Notes: a model not told the origin generated them from the sequence alone. DNA of 64,000 bases from Neisseria sp. (GCA_030538055.1 JAUNUS010000004.1:25524-89523), one strand, 5' to 3'; positions 1 to 9,294 are shown, numbered from the stretch's first letter. Program-made: numbers and translations.

Positions 1-2103
1 CTGATCTTTGGTACGGGTTTGGACGCCGGTGACATTGATTTTGTTCCGCGACAACACCTCCGATACGTCGCGCAGCAAACCGTTGCGGTCGTGTGCATAA
101 ATCTCAAGGTCGATCGCAAACACGTTCTGGCTCTGCCCTGCCGACCAAGTCGCCGGCAGGATTTTTTCAGGGTGCTGATTCGCCAAGTGCTCAAACGAAG
201 CACAACCTTGGCGATGAATCGAGATGCCGCGCTCACGCGTGACAAAGCCGATGATCGCGTCCGGCGGTGCGGGTTTGCAGCATTTGGCCAGTACGGTGAG
301 CAGGCCGCTTTCACCGTCAATCAAAATACCGTCGGGGTTATTGGTACCGGCTTTGCTGCTGCGCACGATATCCTCCGCGCTCAAAGCAGCTTTAAGCGGT
401 GCGCTCAATTCGGATAAGACTTTTTCCACCGCATGCGGGGTGATTTCGCCTTGTCCGAGTGCGGCGAAAAAATCTTCGCTTTTATCGAAGTTAAATCGTT
501 CCGCCAGCTTTTGCAGATTCGGCTTGCCGCCGGTTTTGGCAATCGCCTTATCCAACAGATTTTTACCGTTTTCGCGTACCGAATCAATGTTTTGGGCACG
601 GATAAAACTGCGGATTTTGCTGATGGCCTTACTGCTTTTCACCCAGCCTTGATGCAGCCAGTCCGGTGATGGGTTGCCGCTTTTGGCGGCGATGATTTCC
701 ACCCGCTGCCCGCTTTCCAGCGGCGTGGATAAAGGCACGATTTGCCCGTTGACCTTGGCACCTCGGCAGCGATTGCCCAAATCCGAATGCAGCGCGTAAG
801 CAAAATCGATCGGTGTTGCACCATCGGGTAAAGACAACACCCGCCCTTGCGGGGTCAGCACATAAATCGTGTCGTGAAAAAGCTCGGTTTTGAACGCAGC
901 GGCCAAGTTTTCCTTATCGGAAGCCGCCATGTTTTCGCGCCAATCAAGCAATTGGCGCAACCATGCGATTTTTTGTTCGTAAGCACTGTCGGAGTCGCCG
1001 CCTTCTTTGTACCGCCAGTGCGCCGCCACGCCGAATTCGGCAAATTCGTGCATTTCAAAGGTGCGGATTTGCACCTCCACGCCTTTGTTGTTCGGGCCGA
1101 CTACCACCGTGTGTAAGCTGCGGTAATCATTGGATTTAGGGTGCGAAATATAGTCGTCAAACTCGCCTGAAATCGGCTGCCACAAACTGTGCACCACGCC
1201 CAGCGCGGTATAACACTCGGGTACGGTTTCCACCAACACCCGCACCGCCCGAATATCGTACAGCTCGGAAAACGACAAATGCTTGCGCTGCATTTTTTTG
1301 TAAATCGAGTAAATATGCTTCGGCCGCCCTGCGATGTCGCATTTCAGTCCGATTTTTTCCAATTCCGTTTTCAGGCTGCCTGAAAAGTCGGCGATGTAAG
1401 CCAAACGTTCATCGCGCTTTTCGGCTAATGCTTCGGCAATTTCACGATAAGCTTCAGGCTGCTGATAGCGAAAACCCAAATCCTCCAGCTGCCATTTCAA
1501 CTGCCACACCCCCAAACGATTCGCCAACGGGGCAAACACTTCGGTGGTTTCTTTGGCAATCGCCCGTTTAAGCGGACTGTCTGCTACGCGCCCCAAATAC
1601 TGCATGGTGCGGGTACGCATCGCCAGTTTAATCAACACCACGCGAATATCGGACACCATTGCCAGCAACATTTTGCGCATGGTTTCGGCTTGCTGGGCGC
1701 GCTCTTGCGGGTTTTCGGGCGCATTGACAAATTCGGTCAGTTTTTGCACTTGGTCAATGCCTTCGACCAAGCGCACCACACTGATGTCGGCTGCCGCAGT
1801 CAGTTTTTCCCGCCAATCGGGCAAATACGCCGGTAACGATGAGGCCAACACCGCCTGCACCGCTTCAGGCAGCAAATCCATCTGCGCCACCATTTCTGCG
1901 GTGCGCAATAAATGACGTTGTAACGGCTCGCCTGTCGGCGTGGTGGCCGTCGGCGGGATATGATCGCGAAACAACAACGCCACGCACGCAAAAGCCGCCG
2001 CATCGGCTTCAGGCAGGCTGCGATGATAATTTTCCGCCCATTCGGCTGGTGTCTCGTCACTCGTCCAGTCGAATTTTTCGCGCAGCATGGTGTCGGTCAT
2101 CAT
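1..2103 (-). CDS. relA: GTP pyrophosphokinase RelA ((p)ppGpp synthetase I), 3' end cut by window edge
   Basis: Absent from the ORF track because the frame runs off position 1. My minus-strand translation from the ATG at 2103 is open for 701 codons. It shows synthetase motifs (HPKSNDYRSLHTVV, RTFEMHEFAEFGVAAHWRYKEGG), a TGS segment (IYVLTPQGRVLSLPDGATPIDFAYALHSDLGNRCRGAKVNG) and the start of an ACT domain. The N-terminal domain lacks an HD hydrolase motif, which favours RelA over SpoT. Confidence 0.9.
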   Translation of the reverse strand, partial: MMTDTMLREKFDWTSDETPAEWAENYHRSLPEADAAAFACVALLFRDHIPPTATTPTGEPLQRHLLRTAEMVAQMDLLPEAVQAVLASSLPAYLPDWREKLTAAADISVVRLVEGIDQVQKLTEFVNAPENPQERAQQAETMRKMLLAMVSDIRVVLIKLAMRTRTMQYLGRVADSPLKRAIAKETTEVFAPLANRLGVWQLKWQLEDLGFRYQQPEAYREIAEALAEKRDERLAYIADFSGSLKTELEKIGLKCDIAGRPKHIYSIYKKMQRKHLSFSELYDIRAVRVLVETVPECYTALGVVHSLWQPISGEFDDYISHPKSNDYRSLHTVVVGPNNKGVEVQIRTFEMHEFAEFGVAAHWRYKEGGDSDSAYEQKIAWLRQLLDWRENMAASDKENLAAAFKTELFHDTIYVLTPQGRVLSLPDGATPIDFAYALHSDLGNRCRGAKVNGQIVPLSTPLESGQRVEIIAAKSGNPSPDWLHQGWVKSSKAISKIRSFIRAQNIDSVRENGKNLLDKAIAKTGGKPNLQKLAERFNFDKSEDFFAALGQGEITPHAVEKVLSELSAPLKAALSAEDIVRSSKAGTNNPDGILIDGESGLLTVLAKCCKPAPPDAIIGFVTRERGISIHRQGCASFEHLANQHPEKILPATWSAGQSQNVFAIDLEIYAHDRNGLLRDVSEVLSRNKINVTGVQTRTKDQ

Positions 2104-2225
2104 GTGTCCTTATGTCAGGGGTAAATTGACAGGATCTGAAATGCTGTCAGTTTCATGTTTTTATTGATGATATTGATTGAATTGTCGATTGAAAGATCAA
2201 AAATCGCTTGTATCTTGCCTGCGTA

Positions 2226-2627
2226 TTAAGGCTGATCGCGCGAACCCTTCTCCATACCCGACAACAAAATATTCAGCGCATTGCCTGATAACATCAGCTC
2301 CCGCACCGAAATCAACATGGAAGCCAGCAATAACAACAAACTCAAGGCAAAAGTCCAGACACCTGCCATACGATAACCGCCGAACAAAAGCAAAATGCTG
2401 ACAATACAAACAATCATGCTCAACACGCCGACAATCTGCATATTGCGCGTCATCAGTACGCGACGACGCAAATTATCGATTTGCGCGGCCAACATCGCAT
2501 CCGGGCGTTCCTCATATTCATCGTGCAAATGACGAATCACACTGGATAAACCAAGAAAACGATTGGTATAAGCAAGCAAAATCAAAGAAATAGCAGGAAA
2601 AAGCAAAGCAGGAGTCGTAAAATTCAT
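2226..2627 (-). CDS. DUF2721-like small membrane protein
   Basis: ORF track 2226..2639. The codon at 2639 is GTG, so I chose the ATG at 2627. It has hydrophobic helices flanking a charged loop (IRHLHDEYEERP...DNLRRR), and the N-terminus TPALLFPAISLILLAYTNRF matches my memory of DUF2721. Confidence 0.55.
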   Translation of the reverse strand: MNFTTPALLFPAISLILLAYTNRFLGLSSVIRHLHDEYEERPDAMLAAQIDNLRRRVLMTRNMQIVGVLSMIVCIVSILLLFGGYRMAGVWTFALSLLLLLASMLISVRELMLSGNALNILLSGMEKGSRDQP

Positions 2628-2869
2628 GACGGTAATCACTTAAAAAATCAGGTAATCAATCTCTATCTATTGTAACCATAAGCGACAGATAATGTGAAAT
2701 CGAATTGAGGTGTTTGTGCGATAGCCCACCGGCGGTTAAGCCGGAAAGATTCTGCTGATACGGATTATTTTGCTTGACTCTGTAATTGATGACAGGCTGC
2801 CTGAAACTGATGTCATGACACAATCACGAGCCATCACACCACAACACGCCATGAGCGTGATCCACCGGC

Positions 2870-2901
2870 AAAAAAGCATCGCCATATGACGATGCTTTTT
2901 T
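2870..2901. terminator. bidirectional stem-loop terminator downstream of the GTPase operon
   Basis: AAAAAAGCATCG-ccatatga-CGATGCTTTTTT is a perfect 6-bp GC-containing stem flanked by an A-run and a T-run. It lies 22 nt beyond the stop at 2923. Confidence 0.6.
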
Positions 2902-2922
2902 CAGATACCGCGCAACAGATGT

Positions 2923-3351
2923 TTATGAGCGTGCGAATTCGTCTACCAGTTCGGTGACCATTTTTTTGATGTGCCACAGTAAGGTGGCAAAATTTTCTTC
3001 ACCATTGGCTGCAACCAGCAATCCCACTTCCTTACCGCCGCTCAAGTACACGATGCGGCTGAACACAAAACCCGCCTCGCATTCGATGTGGGTCGCATCG
3101 GCTTTTTTCAAATTCGACTCTTGCGCCACGGTCGAACTCAAACCGTTTAACGACGCCGTCACCGCCGCCTTACGCATCGCTTCTTGATCATCCATCTCGG
3201 TATAGGCTACCGGAAAACCGTCATCGGTCGCGATCATGGCGTAAACCAAGCTGGTGGCGTTTTTCTTCAAACTGTCGACATGTTTTTTGAACAAATCCGT
3301 GCGCGCTACGATTTCTTCGTGCTTGCGTACGGCTTCATGATTGTCACTCAT
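2923..3351 (-). CDS. Roadblock/LC7 (MglB-like) domain protein
   Basis: 142 aa. The segment SLVYAMIATDDGFPVAYTE...HIECEAGFVFSRIVYLSGGKEVGLLVAANGEENFATLL fits the Roadblock/LC7 pattern. The gene starts 2 nt after the stop of the GTPase gene. Confidence 0.7.
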   Translation of the reverse strand: MSDNHEAVRKHEEIVARTDLFKKHVDSLKKNATSLVYAMIATDDGFPVAYTEMDDQEAMRKAAVTASLNGLSSTVAQESNLKKADATHIECEAGFVFSRIVYLSGGKEVGLLVAANGEENFATLLWHIKKMVTELVDEFARS

Positions 3352-3353
3352 GA

Positions 3354-3902
3354 CTATCCTTTAATTTCTTGATTAATCAGTAATATCTCTAACATCATCA
3401 GCACGTCGGCTTTTTCACGCACATCGACTTCAAAAATCGGCGGGGTCATGCCGCGTTTGGCAAAGTAGTCGGTATATTTGCTCAATGCCATGCCGTTTTT
3501 CGCCGTTTTACCGACGCCGACCACAAATGCCTGTTTTTTGATCAGCTCGTCAAACGCTTCCAGATAGCTGTCCAAATCTTTCATCGGGTTTTCACGGGTT
3601 TCATCCATCAACACAATGCAACCCAACGCACCTTTGGCAAGAATCGGCCACATAAAACTGAAACGCGGCTGTCCGGGAATGCCGTACAGATGCAGCATAT
3701 CCTCACCCAATTCAATCGAACCATAGTCCATTGCCACCGTGGTGGTGGATTTGGTGGATTGCGCTGCATCGGTATTATCCGCCTCGGTCGAGATCGGCGG
3801 AGTATCACTGATGCAAGTGATCGCAGTGGTTTTACCCGCGCCCATCGGCCCGACAAACAGAATCTTGTGTAATACCGTTTTCTTGCTCATAAGGAGGTTC
3901 AA
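3354..3902 (-). CDS. small Ras-superfamily GTPase, MglA/CvnD-like (COG2229-type ATP/GTP-binding protein)
   Basis: 182 aa. It has a P-loop (GPMGAGKTT), a switch-I Thr run (TTTVAMDYG) and a switch-II PGQ (YGIPGQPRF) as in MglA/CvnD. The codon at 3902 is TTG and overlaps the upstream stop (TTGA). An alternative ATG lies at 3890. Confidence 0.75.
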   Translation of the reverse strand: MNLLMSKKTVLHKILFVGPMGAGKTTAITCISDTPPISTEADNTDAAQSTKSTTTVAMDYGSIELGEDMLHLYGIPGQPRFSFMWPILAKGALGCIVLMDETRENPMKDLDSYLEAFDELIKKQAFVVGVGKTAKNGMALSKYTDYFAKRGMTPPIFEVDVREKADVLMMLEILLINQEIKG

Positions 3903-4903
3903 TCTGATAAAAAATCCTGCATATGCAATTTCTTACGCAGGCGGTTAATCCATTTCACGTCTTTTTTGGCCGCAATGTCGGCGGCATGATTACCTGTATC
4001 GCCAAGCTCGTGCTCCAACGGTAGTTGTGCCATGCTTGCCGCTGCCAAAAAGTGCAGTACCTGTTCGGTATCCAAGCCCGATTTGGCAACAGCCTCACTG
4101 ACCGAAGTTGACTTTTGCGTGAATAAGGTGGTCAACAACAACAGTTTGGCGTTGGTTTCCCACTGCCCGAAAAGCGGCCATTTTTTCAGGCGAAACAAGC
4201 TGCCTGCGTCACCAAAACGAGTCAATGCTTCTTCGCTCAACGGCGCATGCAGACCGTAACTCCATACCAAGGCATCGTAAGTAAATACTACAGCTTCCGG
4301 CGGCGGCTCATGGTAAGCAGCAATCTGCGGCACCGCAGTATCGGTCAGCAACGCCACCAAGCCCGCCATATCTTGACAACTGGTATGAACTTTGCCAAGC
4401 GTACGGCTAATCCACGCCATGTCTTGCGGCCATGTCAACACATGCTCCTGTTGCACGGCAAAATCCTGCAAATAGCGTGTAAAAAACGGCACTGCTGCCG
4501 GAGTCTGTAACGCCGGTGTTTCCAGTTCTGCCGCGACTGGCGGGACGGTTTTCGGTATGGTTTGGGTCGTGGATTTAGGGGCGGTTTGCAGCAGCTGTTC
4601 TGCGGTTTGCAAAGCATGCAGAAAAGCCATGGCCGTCAAAGGATACGCTACCATGACCACCTGAGCGTTCAGGCCGGTCATATTGGTGATCACCGGACGT
4701 GCCAGCAGCTCCACCTCTCCACACGTATGCGCCTCGCCCAAACAAAAAGCATCGGCCTCATCACGGGATACGCCGACCTGCCACGTGCAGGTCAGCTTAC
4801 CGGAGTGAGTGCCGATGCGATTAACGGTGTCCAACAACCGAGGCAGTGTTTGGACAAAATCATCAGGCATTCCGTCTACAAACAAAAAAGCGGATTGATT
4901 CAC
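3899..4903 (-). CDS. hypothetical 334-aa protein, no family recognised (two domains joined by a Pro/Thr-rich linker)
   Basis: Long ORF in operon context with a GTG start at 4903 (next ATG at 4870). The linker is TAPKSTTQTIPKTVPPVAAELETPALQTPAAVP. The stop overlaps the GTPase start. Confidence 0.6.
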   Translation of the reverse strand: MNQSAFLFVDGMPDDFVQTLPRLLDTVNRIGTHSGKLTCTWQVGVSRDEADAFCLGEAHTCGEVELLARPVITNMTGLNAQVVMVAYPLTAMAFLHALQTAEQLLQTAPKSTTQTIPKTVPPVAAELETPALQTPAAVPFFTRYLQDFAVQQEHVLTWPQDMAWISRTLGKVHTSCQDMAGLVALLTDTAVPQIAAYHEPPPEAVVFTYDALVWSYGLHAPLSEEALTRFGDAGSLFRLKKWPLFGQWETNAKLLLLTTLFTQKSTSVSEAVAKSGLDTEQVLHFLAAASMAQLPLEHELGDTGNHAADIAAKKDVKWINRLRKKLHMQDFLSD

Positions 4904-4935
4904 GAATTGCCCTGTCCGTCAAAATTAAATATCAA

Positions 4936-5292
4936 TTACAAACCGTGCTCGGCATCAACCAATGCGCGGCGAGCCAAAGCAAGGTTGGATTTGCTTTTAT
5001 CCAGTACGAAATACAGGAACAAACCATCATGTTTGGTCAAGGGGCGCATCAGGTGGTACTGTGAACCGAGCGTGATCAAAATATCATCAATGTTGTCTTT
5101 TAAACCCAACATTTCCATGGTTTTCATTTTGGCACGCATCACTTCGGTGTTACCGGCAGCGGCAATTTCCAAATCCAAAGTCGAGATACCCTCACCTGCC
5201 AACAACATGCCGCTGGAGTAGTCTACAACCGCAGCCGACAATGCACCGTCTACCGAGAGTAATTGTTTGATGGTGGTTTCAAAGTTTTTCAT
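4936..5292 (-). CDS. Roadblock/LC7-like protein (first gene of operon)
   Basis: 118 aa. The ATG is preceded by AAGGAA. The pattern VDGALSAAVVDYSSGMLLAGEG...DDILITLGSQYHLMRPL...LFLYFVLDKSKSNLALARRAL fits the Roadblock fold. It is a paralog of 33387..33752. Confidence 0.6.
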   Translation of the reverse strand: MKNFETTIKQLLSVDGALSAAVVDYSSGMLLAGEGISTLDLEIAAAGNTEVMRAKMKTMEMLGLKDNIDDILITLGSQYHLMRPLTKHDGLFLYFVLDKSKSNLALARRALVDAEHGL

Positions 5293-5833
5293 GAGTCATT
5301 CCTTGTTTGATGTATTTAAGTCGGGTACAAAATTCAGGTTTACAGCGACCTGCCGCGCTCGTCACCAAACGCCTTCCGGCATGATGACAAATTTATTCAG
5401 CCGCTCTACAACATAAATCTTACGCCGAACATCAGCATAAAACGAGTGGGAAAAAATCGATTAAATTTTAACACCATGAGTCTCTAACTGTCTAGTTTAA
5501 ACCACAGAAAAAGCGCTGACGACACAGAAAAAATCATTGATAAAGTCAACTCAAAACAGAAAGTCAAAAAATAAAAACTATAATTTGCCGTGTAAAAGAA
5601 CAACAATTACAACCATCAGCATGACTTTTTTTAAATTGCCAAATGTCAATATCTATGGCTTCCGCTTAGCCCTCCAATCAAGCTTCTGTGTAAAATAACA
5701 ACAATGGCAATCAAAAATCCGTCCATCTTTATCAACAAAGTGATGTTATGGCCAACACAATCAATTGACAATGATGGCATGTTGAATATTTTGATTATTG
5801 TATACCTAAACGTCCATCGCGCTGAATCATCCT

Positions 5834-6400
5834 ATGCTGCCTGAAAATATTTTACCTTTTGTGCATCATTTACTGAGAACACAGATTGCATCCGGTGCGC
5901 ATGCACTGGATGCAACCGCAGGTAACGGGCACGATACTTTACATTTGGCACATTGCGTCGGCAGAGAGGGTTGTGTGTGGGCGTTTGACGTGCAGGCTGA
6001 AGCATTGGCGGAGACACAACGCAAGCTGAAAGCTGCCTGCATCAGCGAACGGGTACGGTTGATTCATGACGGACACGAGCATTTGGATCGCTACATCACA
6101 CAGCCGCTCAGTGCCGCCGTGTTTAATTTGGGCTATCTGCCGCATGGCGACAAACATGTGGCCACTGCCGCCGACACCACGTTAATCGCCTTACAAAAAA
6201 GCCTGAAATGGTTACAAAAAGACGGCATTTTGACCGTAGTCTTGTATGGCGGGCACGAAGCCGGACAGGTCGAATGCGCTATAGTCGAAACATGGGCGCA
6301 ACAACTGCCGCAAGCAGAAGTCGATGTATTGCGTTATCGCTTTGCCAACCGCCCGCAATCCGCCCCTTATGCTTTGATTTTCAGGAAAATGATTCCATGA
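5834..6400 (+). CDS. class I SAM-dependent methyltransferase (putative rRNA methylase family / MnmM-YtqB-like)
   Basis: 188 aa. The SAM motif ALDATAGNGHDTLHLA and the later NLGYLPHGDK match the YtqB/MnmM-type family as I remember it. Confidence 0.7.
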   Translation: MLPENILPFVHHLLRTQIASGAHALDATAGNGHDTLHLAHCVGREGCVWAFDVQAEALAETQRKLKAACISERVRLIHDGHEHLDRYITQPLSAAVFNLGYLPHGDKHVATAADTTLIALQKSLKWLQKDGILTVVLYGGHEAGQVECAIVETWAQQLPQAEVDVLRYRFANRPQSAPYALIFRKMIP

Positions 6401-6609
6401 GCAAAAAATTTCCGCTGCAGCCGAAGTTTCCCGAACGCATCTGCTGGGGGTGCGATAAATATTGTCCCGCACACGATTTGCAATGCGGCAACGGCTCCGG
6501 ACGCTGCCAACATCCTTGTGAGATTTTAGGTGAGGATTGGTACAAGCACGGCGACTGGGGAATTGAAGCGAGCGAAGACGATCCGTCGCAAACGGTTGAG
6601 CCGGGATAA
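6397..6609 (+). CDS. small Cys-rich protein, DUF3079-like
   Basis: Internal ATG at 6397 of track ORF 6208..6609, overlapping the upstream stop (ATGA). The 70-aa product is MSKKFPLQPKFPERICWGCDKYCPAHDLQCGNGSGRCQHPCEILGEDWY. Confidence 0.55.
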   Translation: MSKKFPLQPKFPERICWGCDKYCPAHDLQCGNGSGRCQHPCEILGEDWYKHGDWGIEASEDDPSQTVEPG

Positions 6610-6685
6610 TCCTCCCACCCAGCTGCTGCACAAGACTTCAGGCTGCCTGAAACAGCAGTCGTCACACTGATCATGCAAAATTTTA

Positions 6686-6714
6686 GGGCTGCGCGGTTAA
6701 ACCGCAGCAGCCCT
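6686..6714. terminator. stem-loop between convergent genes
   Basis: GGGCTGCGCGGTT-aa-ACCGCAGCAGCCC is an imperfect hairpin between the DUF3079-like stop and the aspS stop. Confidence 0.4.
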
Positions 6715-6741
6715 CATCAATACCAAGACATCAGTCAAGCA

Positions 6742-8544
6742 TTACGCGTTTTCCGCCGCTTTCTGGCGCAGGCGCAAGCCTAATTCGCGCAATTGCTTAT
6801 CGTCCACATGGTTGGGCGCGCTGGTGAGCAGACATTGGGCGCGTTGCGTTTTGGGGAAGGCAATCACGTCGCGAATCGACTCCGCACCCGCCATCAAGGT
6901 CACCAAACGATCCAAGCCGAACGCCAAACCACCGTGCGGCGGCGCGCCGAATTTCAGGTTATCCAGCAGAAAGCCGAATTTGTTTTGCTGCTCTTCAGGG
7001 CTGATCGCCAAGGCGGCAAACACTTTTTCCTGAATGTCGGCGCGGTGGATACGGATCGAACCGCCGCCCACTTCCCAGCCGTTGAGCACCATATCGTAAG
7101 CACGCGCCAAGCAGTGTTCGGGGTCGCTCGTCATTTTGTCCTCATGCCCTGCTTTGGGCGAGGTGAAGGGGTGGTGCATCGCGGCGTAGCGTTTTTCCTC
7201 CTCGTCGTATTCAAACATCGGAAAATCAACCACCCACAACGGTTTCCATACATTCTCAAAATAACCGTCCGCCGCGCCGTGTTCGTGCCCGATTTTGACG
7301 CGCAAGGCACCGATGGCTTCGTTCACGACTTTTGCTTTGTCCGCGCCGAAGAAAATAATGTCGCCGTTTTGCGCGCCGGTTTTCTCGATAATCGCTTTCA
7401 GGCAGCCATCGGACAGAAATTTGACAATCGGCGATTGCAAACCGCTGTTTTCGCCGTTGGAAAGGTTGCCTGCATCATTGACTTTGATGTATGCCAAGCC
7501 TTTCGCGCCGTAAATGCCGACAAATTCGGTGTAAACGTCGATTTCTTTGCGGGAAAGTTTCGCACCGCCCGGCACGCGCAAGGCAACCACGCGACCGTTG
7601 GGCAGATCGGCGGCGGCACGGAAGACTTTGAATTCTTCCGTTTTCATGACATCGGTCAATTCGGTGAATTGCAGGCCGACGCGCAAATCGGGTTTGTCCG
7701 AGCCGTACCGATACATGGCTTCGGCAAAAGTCATGCGCGGAAATTCGCCCAACTCCACCTGCATCACGTCGCGGAAAATGCTGCGCGTCATGCCCTCGGC
7801 GATGTCCATGATTTCGTCTTCGTTCAAAAACGAAGTCTCCAAGTCGATCTGGGTGAATTCGGGCTGACGGTCGGCGCGCAAATCTTCATCGCGGAAGCAT
7901 TTGGTGATTTGGTAATAACGGTCAAAACCGGCCACCATCAACAGCTGCTTGAAAAGCTGCGGCGACTGCGGCAGAGCGAAACACGAGCCCGGATGCACAC
8001 GCGAAGGCACCAGATAATCGCGCGCGCCTTCGGGCGTGGAACGGGTCAAGGTCGGGGTTTCGATGTCGATAAAGCCTTTTTCGTCCAAATAACGGCGCAC
8101 ACCCATCGCCACGCGATAGCGCAGGCGCAGATTGTTTTGCATCACCGCACGGCGCAGGTCAATCACGCGATGCGTCAGGCGCACGTTTTCGGAAAGGTTT
8201 TCATCGTCGATTTGGAAAGGCGGCGTGGCGGCGGTGTTCAGCACTTCGATTTCTTTTGCCAAAATTTCAATGCCGCCCGAAATCATCTTATCGTTTTTCG
8301 TGCCGTCGGGACGCGCACGCACGCGACCGGTAATCGACAGCACAAACTCATTGCGCGACGAATCCGCACGGGTAAACGCTTCCGGCGTATCAGGATCAAT
8401 CACCACCTGCACCAAACCTTCACGGTCACGCAAGTCGATAAAAATCACCCCGCCGTGGTCACGACGACGATGCACCCAACCTTTAACGGTTACGGTTTGG
8501 TCTAAATATTGCTCGTTAATCAAGCCACAATAGTTGGTACGCAT
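6742..8544 (-). CDS. aspS: aspartate--tRNA ligase
   Basis: Class II aaRS motifs are present ([49 protein letters not shown]). I placed the start at MRTNYCG (8544). The 20-codon upstream extension in the track contains a DUS. Confidence 0.95.
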   Translation of the reverse strand: MRTNYCGLINEQYLDQTVTVKGWVHRRRDHGGVIFIDLRDREGLVQVVIDPDTPEAFTRADSSRNEFVLSITGRVRARPDGTKNDKMISGGIEILAKEIEVLNTAATPPFQIDDENLSENVRLTHRVIDLRRAVMQNNLRLRYRVAMGVRRYLDEKGFIDIETPTLTRSTPEGARDYLVPSRVHPGSCFALPQSPQLFKQLLMVAGFDRYYQITKCFRDEDLRADRQPEFTQIDLETSFLNEDEIMDIAEGMTRSIFRDVMQVELGEFPRMTFAEAMYRYGSDKPDLRVGLQFTELTDVMKTEEFKVFRAAADLPNGRVVALRVPGGAKLSRKEIDVYTEFVGIYGAKGLAYIKVNDAGNLSNGENSGLQSPIVKFLSDGCLKAIIEKTGAQNGDIIFFGADKAKVVNEAIGALRVKIGHEHGAADGYFENVWKPLWVVDFPMFEYDEEEKRYAAMHHPFTSPKAGHEDKMTSDPEHCLARAYDMVLNGWEVGGGSIRIHRADIQEKVFAALAISPEEQQNKFGFLLDNLKFGAPPHGGLAFGLDRLVTLMAGAESIRDVIAFPKTQRAQCLLTSAPNHVDDKQLRELGLRLRQKAAENA

Positions 8545-8634
8545 TTTTTTAATTGCCTTATGTTTTTCATGTTTTGAATAATGTTTACAGGCTGCCTGAA
8601 ACAAAGTTTTTGCGAAGCCAGAGCCGAATGCCGT

Positions 8635-9294
8635 TTACTGCGAAACGGTTTTATCTTTATTGGAGGCTGCCTGCATATCGGGCATCACCATGCCCAAAGA
8701 AATAATGTATTTCAATGCCTCGTCCACGCTTAAATCCACTGCGCGGGTGTCGGACTTTTTCACCATAATGTAATAGCCGCCGGTCGGGTTCGGTGTGGTC
8801 GGCACGTACACCGAGAGGTATTCTTCATCGCCCAAAGCGGTGGCGATTTCCGCCGGCAGGCTGCCTGAAACAAATGCCAGCGACCACACGCCTTGATGCG
8901 GAAACTGCACCAGCAGCGGCGTTTTGAACGATTGCCGCGAGTCCGACAATAACGACTCCGAGACTTTTTTCACGCTGGTGTACACCGTTTTCACCACCGG
9001 AATATGCCCGAAAAAGTTATCCCACATTTCGATGATTTTGCGCCCGACGAAATTGCCCGCAAACAGCCCCGTCAGCAACAAAATCACCAACGCGGCAATC
9101 AAGCCCAAACCGGGAATTTTATGTCCGAGCAACTCTTCCGGCCGCCAGCGCACGGGCAAAAGGTGCAGCAATCCGTCCGAGGCGGAAACGATGTAATCAA
9201 TCGTCCACACCCCCGCAATAATCGGCAACCAAATCAGCACCCCTGTCAGCAGGTACTTTTTTATATTGAACCGTTTTTTCTCGGAAATGCCCAC
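8635..9294 (-). CDS. DUF502 family membrane protein
   Basis: Two N-terminal TM helices plus the conserved C-terminal PTTPNPTGGYYIMV motif. The track start at 9327 is TTG. The GTG at 9294 has AAGGTG 7 nt upstream. Confidence 0.75.
   Translation of the reverse strand: MGISEKKRFNIKKYLLTGVLIWLPIIAGVWTIDYIVSASDGLLHLLPVRWRPEELLGHKIPGLGLIAALVILLLTGLFAGNFVGRKIIEMWDNFFGHIPVVKTVYTSVKKVSESLLSDSRQSFKTPLLVQFPHQGVWSLAFVSGSLPAEIATALGDEEYLSVYVPTTPNPTGGYYIMVKKSDTRAVDLSVDEALKYIISLGMVMPDMQAASNKDKTVSQ

Noticed and set aside
2189-2200. FNR/CRP-like palindrome TTGAaagaTCAA upstream of relA.
   Set aside because: The spacing is wrong for FNR (TTGAT-N4-ATCAA needs 14 nt, and here the half-sites are 2 nt too close). 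It is probably a chance palindrome in AT-rich promoter DNA.
6793-8505. 570-aa ORF on the plus strand opposite aspS. Similar long antisense ORFs lie at 11097..12485, 22527..23516, 30851..31588, 32201..33007, 36313..37584, 38531..39973, 44820..45608, 45690..46841, 56152..56853 and 60782..61318.
   Set aside because: All lie exactly antisense to genes with unmistakable conserved motifs. Their products are low-complexity, rich in R/H/Q/G/A, and typical of shadow ORFs in GC-rich coding DNA. None has an RBS or a recognisable domain.
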